From positions 7,935-71,934 of the forward strand of contig JANYDT010000185.1 of NCBI GenBank assembly GCA_025359845.1: 64,000 nucleotides of DNA. Reading direction: 5' to 3'. Position 1 is the stretch's first letter; each line of letters opens with the position of its first letter. Source of the DNA: Acidimicrobiia bacterium. GTDB lineage: Bacteria; Actinomycetota; Acidimicrobiia; Acidimicrobiales; JANYDT01. The position numbers were made by a program, and so were the translations under genes. Shown here piece after piece: positions 1-9,546 of the stretch. Below the pieces are notes generated by a model. That model saw only the letters and a program-made list of their open reading frames with translations, did not search any database and had not been told where the DNA came from.

Positions 1-1169
1 GTCACAAGCGCGGCATGGTCATGCAGGGATCGACCCGTTCGCATAATCGTGTCGAGAGTGGCGATCCCAGTCAGGAGACCGTCTCCGGTGGTGGCGTGGT
101 CAGCGAAAATAACGTGCCCTGACTGTTCGCCGCCCAGAATGAACCCCCCTGCGCTCATGGCGTCGAGCACGTAACGGTCGCCGACCTGAGTCACGATTAC
201 GTCGATACCGACGCTAGCCATAGCCCGTTTGAATCCCAGGTTCGACATGACGGTGACAACCACAGTGTCGTGGGTCAGGCGACCCCGGCTGCGCAGGTCG
301 ATGGCGTTCATGGCCAAGAGTTGGTCGCCGTCGACCAGGGCACCGGTGTGATCGACGGCCAAGACCCGATCGGCGTCTCCGTCGAATGCGAGGCCGGCAT
401 CGGCGCCCGCGGCGACGACCGCAGCTTGGAGGGAGGACGGATGCGTCGACCCGCATCCGTCGTTGATGTTCGTGCCGTTCGGGTCGTCGTGAATGGCGAT
501 GACCGTGGCGCCGAGGCGGGTCAACACCGTCGGTCCAATGACCGATGCGGCGCCGTTGGCGCAGTCGACAACGACTTTGAGACCGTTTAGCGAACGCCCT
601 TGAATCGATGCGACCAACGCATTGGCGTATCCGCCGACGAGGTCGGTTGCCGCGGTCCGAGACGTACCGACGTTCGGGCCACCCACGTTCGCGCCGCGGC
701 CGTTCGGGCCATCGCCGTACCGGTCGCGGCCGTTTCGGCCATCGCCGTTCGCGCCACTGACACCGAGTCCGTCAGCGAGCGTCGACTCGATCGACTCCTC
801 GACGGCATCGGGCAGCTTGCGTCCGCCGGCGGAGAACAACTTGATGCCGTTGTCGGTGTAGGGGTTGTGCGAGGCTGAAATCATCGCCGCGGGCACGCCC
901 AGATGAGCCGATACCCACGCCACACCCGGCGTCGGCAGTACGCTGAGCTCGATCACGTCAACGCCTTCGCTCATGAGCCCGGCGCAGAACGCGGCCGACA
1001 ACAGCGGACCGGAGCGTCGCGTGTCGCGCCCGACGACGAACGCCGAACCCCCGAGCACCCTCGCCGCGGCACGGCCGAGGGAGAGGGCGAACTCGGGGGT
1101 GAGTTCGGTGTTGGCGACGCCTCGGACCCCGTCGGTCCCGAAGCGCAGTACGTGTAGGGGTTGGGGCAC
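1..1169 (-). CDS. glmM: phosphoglucosamine mutase (3' end off-window)
   Basis: Open minus-strand frame that runs off base 1, so it is absent from the ORF track. My translation gives [29 protein letters not shown]... and ...MSAGGFILGGEQSGHVIFADHATTGDGLLTG, which are phosphohexomutase/GlmM signatures. GTG at 1169-1167 overlaps the rpsI stop (TAGTG). Conserved rplM-rpsI-glmM order. Confidence 0.85.
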   Translation of the reverse strand, partial: MPQPLHVLRFGTDGVRGVANTELTPEFALSLGRAAARVLGGSAFVVGRDTRRSGPLLSAAFCAGLMSEGVDVIELSVLPTPGVAWVSAHLGVPAAMISASHNPYTDNGIKLFSAGGRKLPDAVEESIESTLADGLGVSGANGDGRNGRDRYGDGPNGRGANVGGPNVGTSRTAATDLVGGYANALVASIQGRSLNGLKVVVDCANGAASVIGPTVLTRLGATVIAIHDDPNGTNINDGCGSTHPSSLQAAVVAAGADAGLAFDGDADRVLAVDHTGALVDGDQLLAMNAIDLRSRGRLTHDTVVVTVMSNLGFKRAMASVGIDVIVTQVGDRYVLDAMSAGGFILGGEQSGHVIFADHATTGDGLLTGIATLDTIMRTGRSLHDHAALV

Positions 1170-1561
1170 TACCGCTTCGAGTATTGCGGTGCCTTACGGG
1201 CCTTCTTCAGGCCGTACTTCTTGGATTCCTTCTTGCGATCGTCGCGGGTCAGGAACCCTTCTTTCTTCAGGGTCGGACGGTGCTCGGGATCGATCTCGCA
1301 CAGCGCGCGGGCAATGCCGTGACGCAGGGCTCCGGCCTGGCCGGCAATGCCGCCGCCGTCCATCGTGACATCGACGTCATAGGTTTCGGCCATCTCAACC
1401 GTGCGCAGCGGCGCGGTCGCGATCATGCGCAGAAGCTCCGAAGGCAGGTAGTCCTCGATGGTGCGCTTGTTGACGGTGATGACGCCGGTGCCGAGACGCA
1501 GGCGCACTCGGGCCACAGCCCGCTTGCGGCGACCGGTTGCTTGGACGAGGGGCTTATTCAC
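1169..1561 (-). CDS. rpsI: 30S ribosomal protein S9 (uS9)
   Basis: ORF 1169..1675 trimmed to GTG 1561, which has AGGAGA 6 nt upstream. Product [21 protein letters not shown]...[14 protein letters not shown] is typical uS9. Confidence 0.9.
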   Translation of the reverse strand: MNKPLVQATGRRKRAVARVRLRLGTGVITVNKRTIEDYLPSELLRMIATAPLRTVEMAETYDVDVTMDGGGIAGQAGALRHGIARALCEIDPEHRPTLKKEGFLTRDDRKKESKKYGLKKARKAPQYSKR

Positions 1562-1571
1562 GGCAGTTCTC

Positions 1572-2024
1572 CTACGACGCCCGCCGCGCCTGCGGCAGGT
1601 CGATTTTGACGGGCGATTGAGCGACGTGCGGATGGGCAGGGCCCGTGTACACCTTGAGCTTCTTGATGGCTGCACGACCGACGTGGTTCTTCGGGAGCAT
1701 GCCCTTCACGACGTCTCGCAGGAGCTGTTCGGGCTTCGTGGCGAGCAGGTCTTTGTATGACCGCGACCTCATGCCGCCGGGGTAACCCGAGTAGCGGTAG
1801 AACATCTTCTCGTCGGCCTTCTTGGCGTCGAAGTGCACCTGGTCGATATTGACCACGATGACGTGGTCACCAGTGTCGACGTGCGGAGCGAAGATGGGCT
1901 TGTGCTTGCCGCGCAGCCGCAGTGCAACTTCGGTGGCTAGACGGCCCAGCGTCATACCGGTGGCGTCGATCTCCAACCACTGGCGGTTCTGGAGATCTTT
2001 TAAGCTGGGGGAAAACGTCGTCAT
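1572..2024 (-). CDS. rplM: 50S ribosomal protein L13 (uL13)
   Basis: ORF product ...[44 protein letters not shown]...GMLPKN is typical uL13. Its TAG stop lies inside the rpsI Shine-Dalgarno (TAGGAGA). Confidence 0.95.
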   Translation of the reverse strand: MTTFSPSLKDLQNRQWLEIDATGMTLGRLATEVALRLRGKHKPIFAPHVDTGDHVIVVNIDQVHFDAKKADEKMFYRYSGYPGGMRSRSYKDLLATKPEQLLRDVVKGMLPKNHVGRAAIKKLKVYTGPAHPHVAQSPVKIDLPQARRAS

Positions 2025-2166
2025 CGATTGCCATTCCTCATACAGGCTTCACACGGTCGGAAGCCGTGAGAGTTTAGCGGGCCGCCGAGGCGCCCGTGAC
2101 ACGCGGCCCCTGAAAGGCTCGAACGGTGATCCAGGGCCATTCGACGGGTTCACGGCATCGACGAAA

Positions 2167-4293
2167 TCAATCGGCGGCGGTGAGGCAGGCCGGGAGGGGT
2201 TGGGTGTGGACGAGCGTGAGGGCTTTCGTGGGCCGGGTCATGGCCACGTACAGGCGCCGCAGGCCTTGGCTGCCGTCGTCGCCGACCACCGCGGCCGGTT
2301 CCACCACTACGACCGCATCGAACTCCAGCCCTTTGGCCGCCCGCACCGCCAACACCGAGATGCCGCGCTCCACGCTGGCCTCGACCGGCAATCCGACCGC
2401 CACCAGGGCCGCGTGCATTGGGTCAACCAACGCGTCGGGGCACAACACACCCACCGTGCCTTCGCCGACGATGCCCATGATCCCTCGTACCGCCCGGACC
2501 GTCGCCGCCTCGATCGATTCCCCTGGCTCTCCGGCCAGGATGGCGGGGTCGTAGCCCACGCTGCGCACCGAGGAAGGGATTTTCAGGTCGGGGGCGGCCT
2601 CGGCCAGCACGCGACCGGCCAGGTTCATGATCTCGGTGGGTGTCCGGTAGCCCACGCTGAGCTGCACGATGCGGGCCGGTCGCTTGTGGGGTAGATGGGC
2701 GATGACTTCGTCCCAACTCTTGGGGGCCCACATGCCCGTGGCCTGGCCGATGTCGCCGACGATGGTCATCGAACCCGACAATGATCGCCGCGAAAGCAGG
2801 CGCAACTGCATGGGCGACAAATCTTGGGCTTCATCGATGACGATGTGGCCGAACGTTCGATGCTCCTCGTGAACGGCCGGGTCGACCGGGCCGAGCAGTG
2901 TCGAGGCCTCGTCGAGCAACGGAACGTCGGCCACCGACCAACGGACCGATTCGAGCGAAGAACCACGGTCACGAACCATGGCGCGCTGCTCCTGTTCGTT
3001 CAGCAGGTCCCGTCCGGCCACCTTGATGAGCGTCGGCGCCCCAAACAGGTCACGCAGCAGCATCTGCGGCGACAGGAGCGGCCACATACGTTCGAGGGCG
3101 AGCTTCAAACCCTCGTCGCGGCGCACGATATTGGTGAAGGCGTCGTGCTGCACTCCTCCTTCGTCGGGCGTCTTGCCGACTCGAGCCAGCGCCTCGCGGT
3201 AGCGGGCGAAGAGCCGATCGATGAGCAACGTGGTGAGATGGCGTCTCCCGGCGTTGTGTTGGCGGTGTTGACGCTTGAGCGACTCGACGAATTCGGCTGT
3301 CTCTTCGGCTTTGACGCGCAGCTCGACGAGCCCGAACCCGACGGTGAGGTCGTCGCGAAGGGGCCGCTGACGAGTAGCGATGGCCCGGCGGACGAACTTG
3401 GCCATGCGCACGTCGCCTTTGACCAGAACCGTCGCCGGAGGATCGAGTCGGGCCGAGGCCACCACCCCCGGGAACAATTCCTTTACGCTCGACAGCTCCA
3501 CCTCGGTCTCGCCGAGGGCCGGCAGCACGCGTGAGATGTAGCGCATGAACAGCCGGTTGGGGCCGACGACCAGCACGCCTTGGCGCTCCAGTGGAAACCG
3601 GTGGGTATAGAGCAAGTACGACGCCCGGTGCAGCGCCACGGCGGTCTTGCCCGTCCCTGGTCCACCTTGCACGACCAGCACGCCGTGCTGATCAGCCCTG
3701 ATGATCTCGTCCTGTTCGATCTGGATGGTGGCGACGATGTCGCGCATGTGACCACTGCGCGATCGTCCCAGGGCGGCGAGCAGCGCGCCCGTGCCGACAA
3801 GGCCCGAATCTCCGGCTTCGAGGGTGTCGATCGAGAATACCTCGTCGTCGATACCTACTAGGCGGGCCCCTTCGGTGGCGGAGTGGCGCCGCCGGGTCAG
3901 GCCCAACGGATTTCGCCCGGTCGCCCGGTAGAACGCTTCGGCCACGGGCGCCCGCCAGTCGACGATAACGGGATTCTGTTCGGAGTCGCTGATGGGGAGG
4001 CGACCGATGTAGAAGCGTTCGCCGCTGGACCGCGATCCGTCGGGGGTATCGGCGTCGTCCTCACGATCGATACGACCGAAGCAGAGGGATTCGGTACCGA
4101 GCTGCAAACGGGCCAACCGGGCTGAGCCCCGGTCATAGGTCACGTCACGTTCGAAGCGGGCCTGGTGCGTTCCGCCCGCGCCGGTCTGAACCGATTGCTG
4201 CAGCACTCGGGCCGACTCGCGCATGGTGTCAAGACACGCGTAGGCGTGGTCGAGGTACGCCTGTTCGCTCTCCAGCTCCGGATGGGACGGCAC
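2167..4293 (-). CDS. helD: UvrD-family helicase IV / HelD-like RNA-polymerase-associated helicase
   Basis: ORF 2167..4365. Walker A GGPGTGKTAVALHRASYLLY, UvrD-like C-terminal motifs, N-terminal EQAYLDHAY coiled segment. Start trimmed to GTG 4293 (GAGGAGA just upstream); ATG 4365 is the alternative. Confidence 0.75.
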   Translation of the reverse strand: MPSHPELESEQAYLDHAYACLDTMRESARVLQQSVQTGAGGTHQARFERDVTYDRGSARLARLQLGTESLCFGRIDREDDADTPDGSRSSGERFYIGRLPISDSEQNPVIVDWRAPVAEAFYRATGRNPLGLTRRRHSATEGARLVGIDDEVFSIDTLEAGDSGLVGTGALLAALGRSRSGHMRDIVATIQIEQDEIIRADQHGVLVVQGGPGTGKTAVALHRASYLLYTHRFPLERQGVLVVGPNRLFMRYISRVLPALGETEVELSSVKELFPGVVASARLDPPATVLVKGDVRMAKFVRRAIATRQRPLRDDLTVGFGLVELRVKAEETAEFVESLKRQHRQHNAGRRHLTTLLIDRLFARYREALARVGKTPDEGGVQHDAFTNIVRRDEGLKLALERMWPLLSPQMLLRDLFGAPTLIKVAGRDLLNEQEQRAMVRDRGSSLESVRWSVADVPLLDEASTLLGPVDPAVHEEHRTFGHIVIDEAQDLSPMQLRLLSRRSLSGSMTIVGDIGQATGMWAPKSWDEVIAHLPHKRPARIVQLSVGYRTPTEIMNLAGRVLAEAAPDLKIPSSVRSVGYDPAILAGEPGESIEAATVRAVRGIMGIVGEGTVGVLCPDALVDPMHAALVAVGLPVEASVERGISVLAVRAAKGLEFDAVVVVEPAAVVGDDGSQGLRRLYVAMTRPTKALTLVHTQPLPACLTAAD

Positions 4294-4363
4294 CGATCTC
4301 CTCGCACTCGTTTGGGGGGTCTGGAAACAGTACTCAGTACCGCGCCCTACCCTGGCACGCGTC

Positions 4364-6232
4364 ATGCACTTCTTTCACGGACCACGAATGGACGCCGAGG
4401 AACTCAAACGGCGCAAGATCACCCGAACGAGCCTGGCTCGGGCTTGGGCTTTCGCCGAGCCCTTCCGGCTCTTGATCTTCGGCTACCTGACCTGCATCGT
4501 TTTCACGTCGCTGCTGGCCATCGTGCCCCCACTGGTGTTTCGCCGCATCCTCGATCACGCCATCCCCAAGCGTGACCTCAGCGAGGTCAACAAGCTGGCC
4601 ATCTTCCTGATTCTCATCAACTTGGCGCAGATGCTGCTGGGGATCTACACGCGCTGGTCGAGTTCGAAGGTGGGCGAGGGCATCATCGCGGTAGCCCGCA
4701 AGCGGCTCTACGACCATGTTCAGCGCATGCCGATAGCGTTCTTCACCCGCACCCAGACGGGTTCGCTCATGAGCCGACTCAACAGTGACGTGGTCGGCGC
4801 TCAGCAGGCGTTCACGTACATCTTGCGCACCGTCACCGCGCAAGCGATGACGGTGCTGTTCACCGTGAGCGTCATGTTCGCGCTGTCATGGAAGATCACC
4901 GCAGTGGCGCTGGCCGTCGTGCCACTGCTGATCGTTCTCACCAAGAAAGTCGGCAAGCGCATGGAAGGTCTGGCCCGCCAAGGAATGCAACTCAATGCCG
5001 AGATGAACTCGTTGATGACCGAGCGCCTGAACGTGGCCGGGGCAATGCTGGTGAAGTTGTTCGGCAATCGCGACCGCGAGTCGAAGGCGTTCAGTACGAA
5101 AGCCGAGCAGGTGGCCGACGTGGGCGTGAAGCGGGCCATGAGTGCGGCCCCCATGTTTGTGTTGCTACCCATCATCTACGCGGTCGGAACGGCCGGCGTC
5201 TACTGGTGGGGGGCGCGTTCGGTCATTGACGGGTCGCTCAAGATCGGCACCATCGTGGCCATGGCTGCGTACTTGCAGCGCATGTGGGATCCGATGACGG
5301 AACTGGCCAATGCCCGGATCGAGTTCAAAACCGCCTTTGTGAGTTTCGAACGCATTTTCGAAGTGTTGGACGCGCCGCGCATGATCGACGACAAGCCCGG
5401 TGCGGTCGTCTTGTCGGGGCCCGGTCGGGTGGTGTTCGACCATGTCGGCTTTCGGTACCCTGCGCCCACCGAGGTCAGTATCGCGTCGCTCGAGATAGCC
5501 GGGCTCGTCTTGGGCGTCGACCCGTCCGCTTGGGTGCTTCGCGACATCGCGTTCACGGCCGAGCCGGGCACCGTCACTGCGCTCGTCGGCCCGTCTGGCG
5601 CGGGCAAGTCGACCATGGCTTCGCTGATCCCGCGGCTCTATGAGGCGACCGAAGGCGCGGTGCGTATCGACGGGCTGGACGTGCGCGACGTCACGCTCGA
5701 TTCGCTGAGCGCCGCCATCGGCGTGGTGACCCAGGACGCCCACCTCTTCCACGACACCATCGCCAATAACCTGCGCTACGCCCGCCCTGGTGCCACCCTC
5801 TCGGAACTCGAAATGGCGTGCCGGGCGGCCCGCATCCACGACCTCATCGCGTCATTGCCCGAGGGCTACGACACGATGGCCGGGGAACGGGGCTATCGGC
5901 TGTCGGGGGGCGAGAAGCAGCGCCTGGCCATCGCCCGGGTGCTGTTGAAGGATCCTCGCATCGTCGTGCTCGACGAGGCCACCGCCCATCTTGACTCCGA
6001 GACCGAGTTCCAGATCCAGGAGGCCTTCGCCACGGCGCTGGCCGGCCGGACCGCGATCGTGATCGCCCACCGGCTTTCCACCATCCAGGCCGCCGACCAG
6101 ATCCTGGTCATCGACAAAGGCCGGATCATCGAGCGGGGGCGCCACATCGACCTCGTGAGCGCCGGTGGGCTCTACTCCGAACTGTACGAGACGCAGTACC
6201 TGCGGGGCGCGAACGATCCGGTGGCGATGTAA
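4364..6232 (+). CDS. ABC exporter, fused permease/ATPase (MsbA-like)
   Basis: Six-TM N-terminal half, then Walker A GPSGAGKST, signature LSGGEKQRLAIARVLL and Walker B VVLDEATAHLD. Alternative start ATG 4388 (MDAEELKRR). Confidence 0.85.
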   Translation: MHFFHGPRMDAEELKRRKITRTSLARAWAFAEPFRLLIFGYLTCIVFTSLLAIVPPLVFRRILDHAIPKRDLSEVNKLAIFLILINLAQMLLGIYTRWSSSKVGEGIIAVARKRLYDHVQRMPIAFFTRTQTGSLMSRLNSDVVGAQQAFTYILRTVTAQAMTVLFTVSVMFALSWKITAVALAVVPLLIVLTKKVGKRMEGLARQGMQLNAEMNSLMTERLNVAGAMLVKLFGNRDRESKAFSTKAEQVADVGVKRAMSAAPMFVLLPIIYAVGTAGVYWWGARSVIDGSLKIGTIVAMAAYLQRMWDPMTELANARIEFKTAFVSFERIFEVLDAPRMIDDKPGAVVLSGPGRVVFDHVGFRYPAPTEVSIASLEIAGLVLGVDPSAWVLRDIAFTAEPGTVTALVGPSGAGKSTMASLIPRLYEATEGAVRIDGLDVRDVTLDSLSAAIGVVTQDAHLFHDTIANNLRYARPGATLSELEMACRAARIHDLIASLPEGYDTMAGERGYRLSGGEKQRLAIARVLLKDPRIVVLDEATAHLDSETEFQIQEAFATALAGRTAIVIAHRLSTIQAADQILVIDKGRIIERGRHIDLVSAGGLYSELYETQYLRGANDPVAM

Positions 6233-6261
6233 GTAGGGCAACCGTCATGGCTGTGGACACC

Positions 6262-7503
6262 TCAGTAGTCGTAAGTCGCGTAAGGATTGAGAAACTGCCG
6301 TCCCCAAAATCGAGCCCGGTCAACCTCGGTTAGGGCAGCCGAGTTGCACACATCGTTCCAATTGCTGTGTATGACGTCGATCTGGTGGTCGATGATTGAG
6401 CGTGCCTCCCGCGACGTCAGAAGGTAAGTCGAGGCGTGGGCGACGCAGCCGACAACTTGGCTCATGCGGTAGCCATCTCTACCAATCGCCATGATCTGGG
6501 CCGTTTCCTGGCCGGAGCGCGGCTGAGGACATATATCGTAAGCGGGTGTGAGCGTGAGCGCCGAACCGTCCCAGAACGCGGCATGGTTTCGGGCATGGTT
6601 TCGGGCATGGTCATCGTTATTACCACAGAGAATATTGAACGTGATACGAGAAAACACCTCGCGCAGAGTCCGCTCAGAGCTAGTGAATCGCGCTCGGACG
6701 ACGTCGGCGAGATCGGCGTAACTGGCGTAGCGACCGGTCATCTCGTCGAGACCGAGGATGGTCAGAGCTGACACCATCGAGCGACGACCACCGGTGGCCA
6801 CGCGGTCGAAACGGTCGATCAGCAGAACGTCTTTGTCGAGAGCCTGAACGAGTTCGACGGTGGCGACATCGAGCCCGGAGCGCCTCGCGAGTTCCATCGC
6901 GACATACTCGCCTTTCACCACTGGATAGGTGTCGGTCGTCGAGCTGAACTTGGCGATGACTCGACTGGCCCCATCGGCGAGGAGCGCCTTCGGTCGGGCC
7001 CCTCCGACCGAGCTGGCGTGCAGGAGGGCCCAGTCAAGCTGCATCGAGAGTGGAATACCGTTCTCCACTCGCTCGGCGGACTCAGCCAACTCGGTGAGGG
7101 TTGCGTCGCCTGACTCGCGCGGTACGTAGGTTGACGGCGACGTTTGGAAGTCGAGCGCGCCAATGCGGTCTGATCCGGACTCGAGCAAATAAGACAAGAC
7201 ACCGAGATCCGTGAACTCTGGGGTGCCCTGACTTGTGCGTCGGTTCTCGATGACGCGCCGTCCCCAAGCGTCGGGGCCGGCGTCGGCGATGCATCCTGCG
7301 ACCTCGCCAACCAACGGCTGTTGCGGCCCGCTCTGAAGTGGTAACTCCGGGAGGTAGAGGGCCATACGATCGTGGCGTTCGAGGAAGCTCTGACCATAGG
7401 CAAACGTGACAATCGTTCCGGCTGTGTCGAGTCGACCGGCGACAACGGGATCGGTCTCGCCTGGCAACCAAACCCATACGTAGGCCGTGGCCTGTCCTTC
7501 CAT
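6262..7503 (-). CDS. hipA: HipA-family serine/threonine kinase toxin
   Basis: HipA N-terminal coupling region followed by kinase core ...GGARPKALL... and catalytic loop CGNNDDHARNHARNHAAFWDG...LTPAYDI. The loop carries a 4-aa tandem duplication (see findings). Starts 4 nt after the hipB stop. Confidence 0.85.
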   Translation of the reverse strand: MEGQATAYVWVWLPGETDPVVAGRLDTAGTIVTFAYGQSFLERHDRMALYLPELPLQSGPQQPLVGEVAGCIADAGPDAWGRRVIENRRTSQGTPEFTDLGVLSYLLESGSDRIGALDFQTSPSTYVPRESGDATLTELAESAERVENGIPLSMQLDWALLHASSVGGARPKALLADGASRVIAKFSSTTDTYPVVKGEYVAMELARRSGLDVATVELVQALDKDVLLIDRFDRVATGGRRSMVSALTILGLDEMTGRYASYADLADVVRARFTSSERTLREVFSRITFNILCGNNDDHARNHARNHAAFWDGSALTLTPAYDICPQPRSGQETAQIMAIGRDGYRMSQVVGCVAHASTYLLTSREARSIIDHQIDVIHSNWNDVCNSAALTEVDRARFWGRQFLNPYATYDY

Positions 7504-7506
7504 GGC

Positions 7507-7836
7507 TCAGAAGTTGTCATCGATGGTGTTGGGCACTCTTACTAGCTTTGGGAGAACGGCTAGCTGATCGGCGACTCGGCCCACCTCAAGGCGGCGTCGG
7601 GTGGCGTCGTCGGCAAAGAGGACAACACCAGCAACGGTGGCAGCCTCGAACGCCGTTCCGATGGCGACCGTGAGATCACCCCGTTCCACCTTCCGCATGG
7701 TTGCGACGCCGACACCAACCCGGGTCGCGAGTTCCTCAACCGTCCAGCGACGTTGCCGGCGAGCCAGGCGGACACGGTTTCCGAGCAACTGGGCCGCTTC
7801 CTGCGTCACTGGCGAATGAGTACGGACCCGTTGCAT
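7507..7836 (-). CDS. hipB: XRE-family HTH antitoxin (HipB-like)
   Basis: ORF 7507..8130 trimmed to ATG 7836 (MQRVRTHSP...). HTH LGNRVRLARRQRRWTVEELATRVGVGVATMRKVERG. The long form would overlap the divergent amidohydrolase gene. Confidence 0.75.
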   Translation of the reverse strand: MQRVRTHSPVTQEAAQLLGNRVRLARRQRRWTVEELATRVGVGVATMRKVERGDLTVAIGTAFEAATVAGVVLFADDATRRRLEVGRVADQLAVLPKLVRVPNTIDDNF

Positions 7837-7890
7837 ATCGGCAATATAACGCCGATTTCCCACCAATAGCGACATTTTATTGCCAGTCAT
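7837..7890 (-). promoter_or_regulatory. candidate hipBA promoter/operator
   Basis: Unusually AT-rich stretch. On the minus strand TATATT sits 6 nt upstream of the hipB ATG (leaderless-type geometry). A 7-bp inverted repeat GGCAATA (7840-7846) / TATTGCC (7878-7884) brackets it. Confidence 0.3.
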
Positions 7891-7984
7891 GGCGGCCCAT
7901 GACAAGGTCGCCACGAGCCGAAGCAGGATCGCCGCGGGGCGTCCCGAACGCAGCGACCGTGCCAGTGCGGTGCGTTGGTAGACT

Positions 7985-9256
7985 TTGATCGACCTACGAA
8001 ATTCTGCCATTGGGGGGGTTGCCGTGACCGTCTTGTTCAAGAACGCCAAAGTGTTCGACGGCTCAGGCAGAGCGCCGTTCGATGGCGAAGTGCTTGTGAG
8101 CGGAAACCGCATCGTCGCAGTCAGCGACACGGCTTCGGACTCTCACGACTCGGGCGCCGTCGAGGTGATCGATTGTGGCCAACGCACGCTGATGCCAGGG
8201 ATGGTCGAGTCCCATGCCCACCTCTCGTGGCCGTCGTCAATCGGGCGAGTGATGAACACCATGTCGCTTCCGCCGGAGGAACATCTCTTGGTGACGGCGC
8301 GAAATGCTCGGATCACCTTGGACGCCGGCTTTACCAGCGCGTTCTCTGCTGGCGCGCACGGACGTCGGTTCGAGATCGCATTGCGCGACGAAATCGACGG
8401 AGGGTGGACGCCGGGCCCCCGGCTACGGGCATCGACGCTAGAGATCGCTCCGAGTCACGACCAGGCCGGCACCCCAGGGGTAGGGTCCGGCCAGCGGGAT
8501 CTCCAAGCGTTCCGGGCCCAAATCCGCGCAATCGCCGAGAGCGGTGTTGACTCGATCAAGTTCCAGTTGTCCGGCGACGAGGCATTCGCGGCCGGCGGGT
8601 CACAGGTCGTCAACTACACCGACAGCGAGGTCGCTGTCATCGCCGAGGAAGCCCGTCGTGCTGGGGTGATGCTGGCGTGTCACGCCCAAGCGGCGGAGTC
8701 GATCAAACTCGCGGTGACGCACGGCTTTCGGATCCTCTACCACTGCATCCACACCGACAGTGAAGCAATGGACCTTCTCGAAGCGAACAAAGACCAACTG
8801 TTCGTCGCTCCTGCGGTGGGCATGTTGTGGGCGCGGACCTACGAGGGCGAAGAGTTTGGGATCACCGCCGAGGTTGCGCGGCGGATGGGCGCTCCACTCG
8901 GCATCGAACGCATGCAGGAGGTCATCCCCGAAATGCACAAGCGTGGCATCCGGGTCCTTCCCGGCGGCGACTACGGCTTTCCGTACTGCCCGATCGGACG
9001 CAACGCCCGCGATCTCGAACATTTCGTGAATCTGTTCGGCTACACGCCGACCGAAGCGCTCGTCGCGGCAACGAAGCTGGGTGGCGAACTAATGGGCAAG
9101 GGCGAACTCATTGGCCAGATCCGGCCCGGCTATCTCGCCGATCTCCTGGTCGTGAACGGCGACCCCGCGACCAATGAGCGAGTGCTGCAAGAACACCACA
9201 ACCTGACCCACATCATGAAAGACGGCGCCTTCCACAAGCGGCCGTCGCCCACCTGA
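7985..9256 (+). CDS. amidohydrolase-family metallohydrolase
   Basis: N-terminal LFKNAKVFDG...MPGMVESHAHLSW metal-binding HxH motif and TIM-barrel amidohydrolase layout. Alternative start GTG 8024. Confidence 0.8.
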   Translation: MIDLRNSAIGGVAVTVLFKNAKVFDGSGRAPFDGEVLVSGNRIVAVSDTASDSHDSGAVEVIDCGQRTLMPGMVESHAHLSWPSSIGRVMNTMSLPPEEHLLVTARNARITLDAGFTSAFSAGAHGRRFEIALRDEIDGGWTPGPRLRASTLEIAPSHDQAGTPGVGSGQRDLQAFRAQIRAIAESGVDSIKFQLSGDEAFAAGGSQVVNYTDSEVAVIAEEARRAGVMLACHAQAAESIKLAVTHGFRILYHCIHTDSEAMDLLEANKDQLFVAPAVGMLWARTYEGEEFGITAEVARRMGAPLGIERMQEVIPEMHKRGIRVLPGGDYGFPYCPIGRNARDLEHFVNLFGYTPTEALVAATKLGGELMGKGELIGQIRPGYLADLLVVNGDPATNERVLQEHHNLTHIMKDGAFHKRPSPT

Positions 9257-9546
9257 CGAGGACCATCCCAGGTGTGGCCGATTTGGGTGTTGTCCGGAGC
9301 AGGCTCGGTCGAGATTCATGCCTGAATTTCTGGCGGCGTTGGCGGCTGATCCCATCCGTTGGCCTCCTCTGGTCTGCGCGACCCGAGGCACGTTCCTCCT
9401 GCCATGATGATGTCGTGAACAGCACGCATTTCTGCCCAAGCGCCGGCACTCGTTCATGAGCCCCGACATCCGGGAGGTCACGGCGACGACGGTGATTCTC
9501 CCCGCCCGGTGCCGTGCCGCCGGCCAGGTGATCAAACACGGGGCTC

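Noticed and set aside
9257-9546. 290-bp gap upstream of lutA examined for a LutR/GntR remnant or riboswitch
   Set aside because: No frame gave recognisable protein sequence, and I saw no conserved RNA motif.
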